Shown: positions 40,716-51,112 of the stretch, in pieces
Position numbering within the stretch: the stretch's first letter is position 1
Layout: every line of letters begins with the position of its first letter
Assembly (NCBI GenBank): GCA_017936845.1
Contig: JAGBES010000025.1
Location: 1-63,736 of the forward strand
From: Bacilli bacterium
GTDB lineage: Bacteria > Bacillota_I > Bacilli_A > RF39 > UBA660
Reading direction: 5' to 3'
Length of the DNA: 63,736 nt
The notes under the pieces: model-generated
What the model saw: the letters and a program-made list of their open reading frames with translations, nothing else
Databases searched by the model: none
Told to the model about the DNA's origin: nothing
Translations under genes and position numbers: made by a program

Positions 40716-40828
40716 AGATGAAGCCTTCTTCATAAAATAAAAAAGGATACATTTGACTCTCTGAATCAGATGTTATCCCTTATTGGATTGGCATCTGAAA
40801 TCACAAAGTTGTGAAATCAGATGTTTTT
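40716..40828 (+). ncRNA. putative type I antitoxin RNA B (~113 nt)
   Basis: 5' hairpin ATGAAG-cctt-CTTCAT, terminator GCATCTGA..TCAGATGT-TTTT next to the peptide B stop. Confidence 0.65.
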
Positions 40829-40829
40829 A

Positions 40830-40907
40830 TTATCTATATAGTAAGGTGATTACTATAAAAAATAATAGTATAATTATGATAAATTGAGTTAATTCTCTTT
40901 TTATCAT
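40830..40907 (-). CDS. 25-aa hydrophobic peptide B, putative type I toxin (MIKRELTQFIIIILLFFIVITLLYR)
   Basis: GATGGTGAT SD; same length as peptide A and 14/25 identical. Confidence 0.78.
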   Translation of the reverse strand: MIKRELTQFIIIILLFFIVITLLYR

Positions 40908-41042
40908 AAATATCACCATCTTTCTTTTTCAAGAAAAGGAAAACTTCTGATATTTCAAATGTATCCATTAATATTTATCAAACAAAAATTCGTAAAACAA
41001 TATTTTGATATTAATTTATTAAAAATTTAAAGGAGTAAAAAT

Positions 41043-41867
41043 ATGAATTTTATTGTAAAAGAAGAAATAGAATTATTAGATTTTTTATACAAAAATATTA
41101 ATAAATCTAAAAATAGTATTAAAAACATATTAAAAGATAATACTTATGTAAATGATAAAAAAATTAGTAAATTTAATTATTTATTAAAAGAAAATGATAT
41201 TGTTTCTATTAAAAATAAAATAGATGATATTGAAATAATATATGAAGATAAAGACTTTATAGTTGTTAATAAACCATCTAATTTACTTACAATCGCAACT
41301 AATAAAGAAAAAGAAAAAACTTTATATCATATGGTATCAAATTATATAAAAATAAATAATAAAAATAATAAGATCTTTGTAGTGCATAGATTAGATAAAG
41401 AAACTTCTGGCATAGTAGTATTTTCTAAAAGTGAAGAATTAAAAGAAAAATTACAAAAAGATTGGAATACACTTGTTAAATTAAGAGGATATGTCGCTAT
41501 TGTAGAAGGAAATACTAAAGATGCAGGAACAATAAAATCATATTTAAAAGAGAAAGATATGTATACATATTCTACTAATAGTAAAGATGGGAAACTTGCT
41601 ATTACACATTATAAAAAAATAAAGAGTAATGATAGATATACGATGCTTGATATTAATATAGAAACAGGTAGAAAAAATCAAATAAGAGTTCATTTAAAAG
41701 AAATGGGCAATTTAATTGTTGGTGATAAAAAATATGGTTCAAAAGATAATTCAATTAAAAGAATGGCATTACATGCTAATAAATTAGAATTTTTTAATCC
41801 AAAACAAAAGAAAATGATGAGATTTGAAATAGATATACCAAATAGTTTTAAAAAATTGATAAAGTAA
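41043..41867 (+). CDS. RluA-family pseudouridine synthase
   Basis: VVNKP, VHRLDKETSG, GRKNQIRVH, GDKKYG. Confidence 0.92.
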   Translation: MNFIVKEEIELLDFLYKNINKSKNSIKNILKDNTYVNDKKISKFNYLLKENDIVSIKNKIDDIEIIYEDKDFIVVNKPSNLLTIATNKEKEKTLYHMVSNYIKINNKNNKIFVVHRLDKETSGIVVFSKSEELKEKLQKDWNTLVKLRGYVAIVEGNTKDAGTIKSYLKEKDMYTYSTNSKDGKLAITHYKKIKSNDRYTMLDINIETGRKNQIRVHLKEMGNLIVGDKKYGSKDNSIKRMALHANKLEFFNPKQKKMMRFEIDIPNSFKKLIK

Positions 41868-41913
41868 AAGACAAAATGTCTTTTTTTTGTTATAATTTTA
41901 AGTAGGTGATTTG

Positions 41914-42886
41914 ATGTTTAAAATTGGAAATATCGAAATAAAAAATAATGTTGTTTTAGCACCTATGGCAGGTATTTGTAATCATGCCTATAGAACTATT
42001 ATAAAGGAAATGAAAGCAGGACTTATATATGCAGAGATGGTTAGTGATAAAGCTATAAGTTATGGTTCAAAAAAAACAATAGATATGCTTTATATGACAG
42101 ATAATGAACGACCAATTGCTCAACAAATATTTGGTAGCGATAAAGAATCGTTTGTAAAAGCAGCTAAATATATAGAGTCAAATATGCATCCAGATATTAT
42201 AGATATTAATATGGGTTGTCCAGTACCTAAAGTAGCTTTAAAGTCACAAGCAGGTAGTGCATTACTTAAAAATCCAGAAAAAGTTTATGAAATAGTTTCT
42301 GCTGTTGTAGAAAGTGTAAATTTACCAGTAACAGTTAAGATTAGAAGCGGATGGGACTCAGGTAGTATTAATGCAGTAGAAATAGCTAAGATAGTAGAAA
42401 AAGCTGGAGCAAGTGCGATTACAGTTCATCCAAGAACTAGATCACAAGGATATAGTGGTAAAGCCGATTGGAATATTATAAAAGATGTAAAAGAAAATGT
42501 AAGTATTCCAGTAATTGGAAATGGAGATATAAAAAGTTGTTATGATGCTAAAAGAATGTTAGATGAAACAGGTTGTGATGCCATTATGATAGGTAGAGGA
42601 GCACTTGGTAATCCTTGGCTTATTAAAGAATGTGTTGAATACTTAGAAGATGGTATCATACCTAAAACAATATCAAATGAAGAAAAATTAAAAATGATAT
42701 TACATCATTTAGACTTACTTAAAGATTTAAAAAATAGCAAAGTTGCTTTACTTGAAATGAGAAGTCATGCAGCTTGGTATTTAAAAGGAATACCTAATAC
42801 AGCAAAACTAAAAGAAGATATTTTTAAAACAAAAACAGTAGAAGAATTTAAAGAATTAATTAGTAATTTCTTAAAGGAGGGGTCTT

Positions 42887-42897
<11 letters not shown>
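41914..42897 (+). CDS. dusB: tRNA-dihydrouridine synthase
   Basis: LAPMAG, DINMGCP, VTVKIR, H.RT, GNGDI, MIGRG. Confidence 0.94.
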
Positions 42898-44970
<2,073 letters not shown>

Positions 44971-44971
44971 A

Positions 44972-45505
44972 ATGATATTATATTTAGTAAGACACGGGCA
45001 AACAGAAAAAAACAAATATGGATTAGTACAAGGACAGACGGAGACAGATTTAAGTGTTGAAGGAATAGAAGATGCAAAAAAATTACAAGAGTTAGTCTCT
45101 TCATTAAATATAGATGTAGTAATATCGTCACCACTTAGAAGAGCTCGTCAAACAGCAAAAATTATTACAAATAATAAGTATCCAATTAATATTGATGATA
45201 GAATTATAGAAAGAGATTGGGGTTTTTGTGAAGGTGCTAATATAAATGATGTCGATACAGTAAAATGTTGGAATTTTTATATAAATACAAGTGAAAATAA
45301 AATTGAATGTGTTCAAGACTTTATGAAGAGAATAAATGAATTTATAGAAGAAATAAGAATAAAATATAAAGACAAGAAAGTTTTGGTAGTAACTCATAGT
45401 GCAGTACTTAGAGCAATACATTATGCTATTAATGGAATTCCAGAGGATGGAGATATGAGTAAGATAGATATTCCAAATTTAAGAATAGTGGAATATAAAA
45501 TTTAG
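44972..45505 (+). CDS. histidine phosphatase family protein
   Basis: LVRHGQT, SSPLRRARQT, VVTH; start could instead be TTG 44957. Confidence 0.9.
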   Translation: MILYLVRHGQTEKNKYGLVQGQTETDLSVEGIEDAKKLQELVSSLNIDVVISSPLRRARQTAKIITNNKYPINIDDRIIERDWGFCEGANINDVDTVKCWNFYINTSENKIECVQDFMKRINEFIEEIRIKYKDKKVLVVTHSAVLRAIHYAINGIPEDGDMSKIDIPNLRIVEYKI

Positions 45506-45519
45506 AAAGGTTTGATAAA

Positions 45520-46713
45520 ATGAAATTATTATCAGTAAATGCAGGGAGTTCTACATTAAAATTCCGTTTATACGAAATGCCAGAAGAAGAAGTATTAATG
45601 AAAGGTACTTTTGATAGAATAGGATTAGAGGGTAGTAACTATAGTATTCGTGTAAAAGAAGAAAAAATAGGAAAAGATATAGTAATAAATAATCATGAAG
45701 AAGCAGTAAAACTATTATTAAATGAATTATTAGAACAAAAAATGATAAAAAGTTTAGATGAAATAGCAGCGGTAGGACATAGAATAGTTCATGGAGGAAA
45801 TAAATATTCAAGAAGTGTTGTAATAGATGACAGAGTAATTCAAGAAATAGAATCAATTTCTGATTTAGCACCACTTCATAATCCTGCTAATTTAGTAGGA
45901 GTAAAAGTTTTTAGAAATGCTATACCAACTGCTGTACAAGTGGCTTGCTTTGATACTGCATTTCATCAAACAATGAAAGAAAAAAACTACTTGTATTCAG
46001 TACCATATGAATGGTATGTAAAATATCATGTTCGTAAATATGGATTTCATGGATTAAGTCATAGATTCATAACAGAAAAAATGAAACAAATATTAAATAA
46101 AGAAAATCCTAACTTAATAATTTGTCATATAGGTAATGGAGCAAGTATAGCAGCTATAGAAGAAGGAAAGAGTATAGATACTTCAATGGGATTTACACCA
46201 AATGCTGGTATAATGATGGGAACTCGTAGTGGAAATATTGACTACAGTATGTTAAATTATGTAAGTAAAAAAACAGGATTTAATTTTGATAGAATAGATA
46301 GTTTATTAAACAAAGAAAGTGGCTTAGAAGGAATTGCAGGAATGAGCGATTTGAGAGATTTAGATAGAGCATTCTATGCAAATGAAGAAAAAGTAATTTT
46401 AGCATTTGATATGTATACAGATAAAATAGTAGAATATATAGCAAAATACTATGTTAAACTAAATGGAAAAATAGATGCTATATGCTTTACAGCTGGTGGA
46501 GGAGAAAATGACTCAATTATAAGAGGAGAAACATTAAAAAAATTAACTTCTTTAGGAATTGTTTTAGATGAAGAAAAGAATAATGAAACGATAGTAAGAA
46601 AAGGAAAAGAAGGTATAATTACAAAAGAAGAATCAAAAATACCTGTATATGTAGTAGCAACAGATGAAGAATTGATGATAGCAAGAGATACATATACACT
46701 ATCAAAAAATTAA
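45520..46713 (+). CDS. ackA: acetate kinase, copy 1
   Basis: NAGSSTLK, GHRIVHGG, APLHN, FDTAFH, MGTRSG, TDEE. Confidence 0.93.
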   Translation: MKLLSVNAGSSTLKFRLYEMPEEEVLMKGTFDRIGLEGSNYSIRVKEEKIGKDIVINNHEEAVKLLLNELLEQKMIKSLDEIAAVGHRIVHGGNKYSRSVVIDDRVIQEIESISDLAPLHNPANLVGVKVFRNAIPTAVQVACFDTAFHQTMKEKNYLYSVPYEWYVKYHVRKYGFHGLSHRFITEKMKQILNKENPNLIICHIGNGASIAAIEEGKSIDTSMGFTPNAGIMMGTRSGNIDYSMLNYVSKKTGFNFDRIDSLLNKESGLEGIAGMSDLRDLDRAFYANEEKVILAFDMYTDKIVEYIAKYYVKLNGKIDAICFTAGGGENDSIIRGETLKKLTSLGIVLDEEKNNETIVRKGKEGIITKEESKIPVYVVATDEELMIARDTYTLSKN

Positions 46714-46725
46714 TTTATATAAAAT

Positions 46726-46750
46726 GGGAATAAAAATTTTTATTCCTTTT
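46726..46750 (+). terminator. terminator between the ackA copies
   Basis: GGAATAAAA..TTTTATTCC-TTTT. Confidence 0.65.
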
Positions 46751-46798
46751 ATTATTGCTAAATTTATAGTATAATAATATAGTAGAAAGAAGGTTTAT

Positions 46799-47980
46799 AT
46801 GAAAATAATATCAATTAATGCAGGAAGTAGTTCTTTAAAATTTAGTCTATTTGATATGACTAATAAAAATTGTATAGCAAGTGGTTATTTTGAAAGAGTT
46901 ACTTTACCAAATAGTTTTTATACAATAAAATATAATGGTGAAAAAATAAAAGAAGAAATTGAAATGCCAAATCATACTGTAGCTGTAGAAATATTATTAG
47001 ATAGGTTAATATCATTAAATATAATATCTTCATTAGATGAAATAGATGGAATAGGTCATAGATTAGTTCATGGAGCAGATAAATATAATAGATCAGTTAT
47101 TATTACTGATGAAGTAATAGAAGATTTAAAAAAATATATTCCTCTAGCACCACTTCATAATCCAGCTAATATCCTAGGAATTGAAGCTGTAAAAAAAGTT
47201 TTACCTAATGTAAAAATGGTAGGGGTATTTGATACAGCATTCCATCAAACAATGAATGAAGTAAATTATCTATATCCAGTACCATATGAGTGGTACACAG
47301 ATTATAAAGTTCGTAAATATGGATTTCATGGAACAAGTCATTGTTATATAAGTAAACAAATTCCAAGATTATTAAATAAAGATCAATATAAAGCAATTAT
47401 ATGTCATCTAGGTAGTGGAGGATCATTATCTTTAGTAGAAAATGGTAAATGTTTAGATACAACAATGGGATTTACACCATTAGCTGGTATAATGATGGGA
47501 ACTCGTAGTGGTGATATAGATCCATCAATTATTCCATATATTATTTCAAATACTGGAAAATCATTAGATGAAGTAATGAATGATTTAAATAAAAAATCTG
47601 GATTTTTAGGATTAAGTGGAGAATATAGTGATTTTAGAGATATTTATGCAGGAGTAAAAGCAAATGATAAAAGATGTATTTTAGCCTTCAATAAATATGT
47701 AGATACAGTAGTAAAATATATAGCTGAATATTTTGTAGAAGCAAATGGTGTAGATGCAATTATATTTACTGCAGGATTAGGAGAAAATGCTAAAGAAGCA
47801 CGTGAAGCAATAATTAATAAATTAAATTGTTTAGGAATATATATAGATAAAGAAGCAAATGAAATAAGAGGAGAAGAAATAAAAATAAGTAGTAAGGATT
47901 CAAAAGTATTAGTGTATGTTATACCTACAAATGAGGAATTAATGATAGCAGAAGATACAGCTGAATTAATTGGAGAATAA
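46799..47980 (+). CDS. ackA: acetate kinase, copy 2
   Basis: NAGSSSLK, GHRLVHG, YGFHGTSH, MGTRSGD, TNEE. Confidence 0.93.
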   Translation: MKIISINAGSSSLKFSLFDMTNKNCIASGYFERVTLPNSFYTIKYNGEKIKEEIEMPNHTVAVEILLDRLISLNIISSLDEIDGIGHRLVHGADKYNRSVIITDEVIEDLKKYIPLAPLHNPANILGIEAVKKVLPNVKMVGVFDTAFHQTMNEVNYLYPVPYEWYTDYKVRKYGFHGTSHCYISKQIPRLLNKDQYKAIICHLGSGGSLSLVENGKCLDTTMGFTPLAGIMMGTRSGDIDPSIIPYIISNTGKSLDEVMNDLNKKSGFLGLSGEYSDFRDIYAGVKANDKRCILAFNKYVDTVVKYIAEYFVEANGVDAIIFTAGLGENAKEAREAIINKLNCLGIYIDKEANEIRGEEIKISSKDSKVLVYVIPTNEELMIAEDTAELIGE

Positions 47981-47981
47981 T

Positions 47982-48950
47982 ATGTCAAATAAGATGTTAA
48001 AAAAAATATATAATCTAATAAAAAAATATGATAATATTGTAATTGCTAGACATGTTGGACCAGATCCAGATGCATTAGGAAGTAGTATAGGATTAAAGCA
48101 AATAATAAAAAATACGTTTCCAAATAAAAATGTATATGTAGTAGGATGTTCTGCATCAAAATTTAAATATTTAGGAAATTTAGATAAAGCACCAGAAGAT
48201 ACATCAAATATGCTACTTATAGTAACGGATACACCAGATATGTCTAGAATAGATTCAGCTATACCTAGTGAATTTGCATATTCAATTAAAATAGATCATC
48301 ATCCTTTTATTGAAAAAACTTGTATGCTTGAATGGATAGATGAAACATCAAGCAGTGCATCACAAATGATTATAGAATTAGCTTTCAATACGAAATTAAA
48401 AATGAGTAAAGGTGCTGCTGAAAATCTATTTATAGGTCTAGTAGCAGATACAGATAGGTTTCTATTTTCATATACTACACCAAAGACATTTGATTTAGTA
48501 TCAAGATTAATAAAAGAAACAAAAATTGATTTTACCAATTTATATAAAAATTTATATATGAGACCACTTAAAGAAATTAGATTTCATGGTTATTTACAAG
48601 ATAATATTAAAGTAACAGAAAATGGTTTTGCATATATAAAAATAGATGATAAAACGCTAGAAGATTATAGTGTAGATGCAGCAACTGCAGGAAATATGGT
48701 AAATGATTTTAATTATATTGAAAATATAAATGCATGGGCAGTATTTTCTTTAGATAAAAATAATAATTATATAAGAGGTTCAATAAGATCAAGAGGACCT
48801 ATTATAAATGAAGTTGCTAGTAAATATAATGGTGGTGGCCATAAATTTGCTAGTGGAGTAAGAGTTAAAGATTTTGATGAAGTAGATAAATTAATTAGAG
48901 ATTTAGATTTAATTTGCAAAGAATATAATGAAACAATAGATGAAAAATAG
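47982..48950 (+). CDS. nrnA: DHH/DHHA1 oligoribonuclease/pAp phosphatase
   Basis: H..PDPDALGS, IDHH, G...DT, GGGHKFASG. Confidence 0.9.
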   Translation: MSNKMLKKIYNLIKKYDNIVIARHVGPDPDALGSSIGLKQIIKNTFPNKNVYVVGCSASKFKYLGNLDKAPEDTSNMLLIVTDTPDMSRIDSAIPSEFAYSIKIDHHPFIEKTCMLEWIDETSSSASQMIIELAFNTKLKMSKGAAENLFIGLVADTDRFLFSYTTPKTFDLVSRLIKETKIDFTNLYKNLYMRPLKEIRFHGYLQDNIKVTENGFAYIKIDDKTLEDYSVDAATAGNMVNDFNYIENINAWAVFSLDKNNNYIRGSIRSRGPIINEVASKYNGGGHKFASGVRVKDFDEVDKLIRDLDLICKEYNETIDEK

Positions 48951-48968
48951 ACAATGACGTCTATTTTT

Positions 48969-49358
48969 TTATAAATTAGGATTTCCACTCCCTGCAATTA
49001 TTGAGTAATTTTCACCGTAAGATTTTATTACTACATATAAAACTATTAATGTTGATAAAAGTGATATTTCTGAAGCCATTACTTGTAAGTTAAATAGATT
49101 TGTTTTTTGCCCTTTTTCAGTAGCTATTTTTCTATTGTTATAACTTATATATAGATAGCTTAATGATAAAATAACTACTAATGTACGATTAAAAACAGAA
49201 ATTTTAGAAGTATCTGGGTAATTTATATTAGGATTAAGAGTTGATTTTTTATCAATATATGTAATATAAATAGATATTAATAAACTTATTATAAATATAC
49301 CTGTAGTTAAATTTTGTAAATCTAATAATTTAATTTCTTTTTCTTTTAAATTATTCAT
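48969..49358 (-). CDS. hypothetical three-TM membrane protein
   Basis: Three hydrophobic segments; overlaps the upstream deacetylase gene. Confidence 0.65.
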   Translation of the reverse strand: MNNLKEKEIKLLDLQNLTTGIFIISLLISIYITYIDKKSTLNPNINYPDTSKISVFNRTLVVILSLSYLYISYNNRKIATEKGQKTNLFNLQVMASEISLLSTLIVLYVVIKSYGENYSIIAGSGNPNL

Positions 49359-50613
49359 TGATTTTTCTTAATTTTTTTATTTCCTGTAATTCAGATACAG
49401 TAACAAATTCAAAACCTTTTTCTTTTAAAATAGGTATTATTTTTTTTACAGCATCTACGGTTCTTTTTTTAGTATCATGCATTAATATAATATCTAAATC
49501 CTTAGTATTCTTAGTAGCTCTTGATACAATTTTATCAACGCTTTTATATTTCCAATCCATGGTATCAACATTCCATAAAACAATATTTAAACTAATATTA
49601 TTTCGCATATTATTGTTGATAGAACCATAAGTTGGTCTAAAATTAGTAGGCATGTAATTTAAATTTTTAAATATAATATTTTGTGTTTTATTAATTTGAT
49701 CTTGGAGTTCATTATTATCAACTTTAGTTAACCATTTATGATTGTAAGAATGATTTCCTATTTCATTTCCATTATTTATAACTTTAATTAAAGTATCAGA
49801 ATAAATTTCAACTTTATTTCCTAATATAAAGAAAGTACCAACAACATCATTTTCTTTTAAAATATTAATTAAATCATCAGTATATTTACTAGGACCATCA
49901 TCAAAAGTAAGTGCAACTACTTTTTTATTAACATCTACAATCTTATTAGCAGGTATACTTGCTTTATTCAAGTTCTTCTTTTTACTTAATTTAATGTTTA
50001 AATTTTTTAAAGGAATCATTACTTCCATAATATCATTATAATTACTATTAGGATTAAAATAAATATATAAATATTCCTCATCAAAACTAAAATTATCATA
50101 TTGATTTTGAATATTGTTTAATGTATTAATATCAATGAAATTTTTATAATGTTTTATGATATAAGATTTTGTTAAAGAATTAACAGTTTTAAATTTATCT
50201 TCAGATAAAATATCACTTAGGCTAATCATACTTTTTTTATTAATATCGTAATTATAAGTTTTAATATAATTTATTTTATCACTTAATTTTGAACTGTTTA
50301 TATATATGTTTAAAATTATAGTTATATAAGTATCATTTAATATATTATAAGTATAATCAATATTTAATTCAGATTTATCAGTTAAATTAGAAAAACTTTC
50401 ATATTCATCTTTAAAATCATTATATATAACTTCAATATCATTGCTTATTAAATTATCAATTTTTTTATAGCCAGTAGTAGGATAATTTATACCTACAATT
50501 ATATTTTTGTTTTCTTCAATAACAGTGTTAATATTTTCATTAAATTTTTTATTATTACAACCTGTACAACAAATAAAAAGAATAAAATAGATAATGAATA
50601 ATTTTTTAAACAT
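49351..50613 (-). CDS. polysaccharide/peptidoglycan deacetylase (PdaC/PgdA-like lipoprotein)
   Basis: ALTFDDGP, GNHSYNH, FRPTYG, DTMDW, ILMHD; CTGC lipobox. Confidence 0.9.
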   Translation of the reverse strand: MFKKLFIIYFILFICCTGCNNKKFNENINTVIEENKNIIVGINYPTTGYKKIDNLISNDIEVIYNDFKDEYESFSNLTDKSELNIDYTYNILNDTYITIILNIYINSSKLSDKINYIKTYNYDINKKSMISLSDILSEDKFKTVNSLTKSYIIKHYKNFIDINTLNNIQNQYDNFSFDEEYLYIYFNPNSNYNDIMEVMIPLKNLNIKLSKKKNLNKASIPANKIVDVNKKVVALTFDDGPSKYTDDLINILKENDVVGTFFILGNKVEIYSDTLIKVINNGNEIGNHSYNHKWLTKVDNNELQDQINKTQNIIFKNLNYMPTNFRPTYGSINNNMRNNISLNIVLWNVDTMDWKYKSVDKIVSRATKNTKDLDIILMHDTKKRTVDAVKKIIPILKEKGFEFVTVSELQEIKKLRKINE

Positions 50614-50761
50614 ATAATCACCTAGAAAATTATATTCAATAAAGCAAAATAATTGTTAAAAAATAAGCTTTTTTTACTCAAAAGTGTTGCTTTTATTAAT
50701 AAAAAATGGTATTCTTAGAATGTAAGCAAGATAGCTTAGAAATTATGGGAGGTAATTAGAA

Positions 50762-51034
50762 ATGTCAAAGACTGAATTAGTAAGTTTTATTGCTGAAGAA
50801 GCAGGATTAACAAAAGCAGATGCTACTAAAGCATATGATGCAATGGTAAAAGGAATTGAAAAAGGATTAAAAGAAGAAGGAAAAGTAACATTAACAGGAT
50901 TTGTTACTTTCACAGCTAAAGAAAAAGCTGCTACAACTGCTCGTAATCCAAGAACTGGTGAAAGTGTACCAGTACCTGCAAGAACTGCTGTTGTTATCAA
51001 AGCTGGTTCTAAATTAAAAGAAGCATTAAACTAA
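50762..51034 (+). CDS. hup: DNA-binding protein HU
   Basis: KTELV..IA...LTKADA, GFVTF, RNPRTGE, KAGSKLKEALN. Confidence 0.96.
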   Translation: MSKTELVSFIAEEAGLTKADATKAYDAMVKGIEKGLKEEGKVTLTGFVTFTAKEKAATTARNPRTGESVPVPARTAVVIKAGSKLKEALN

Positions 51035-51051
51035 AAAGCCAATGGCTTTTT
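51025..51051 (+). repeat. direct repeat copy 1 (hup 3' end plus terminator)
   Basis: ATTAAACTAAAAAGCCAATGGCTTTTT; matches 52910-52935 with 1 gap and 2 mismatches. Confidence 0.7.
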
Positions 51052-51112
51052 TTTATTGACATTTAAGCTAACAAATGTTAATATATGCGATAAAAAAGGG
51101 GGCACTATAAAT

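Noticed and set aside
39627-41000. Repeated intergenic modules as a CRISPR array, T-box or known riboswitch
   Set aside because: There are only two diverged units, no repeat-spacer periodicity, no cas genes, and no T-box or aptamer consensus that I recognise. The conserved opposite-strand ORF with SD explains them better.
36390-41000. Prophage or ICE integrated at tRNA-Arg
   Set aside because: I saw no integrase, phage or conjugation genes and no second copy of the tRNA 3' end.
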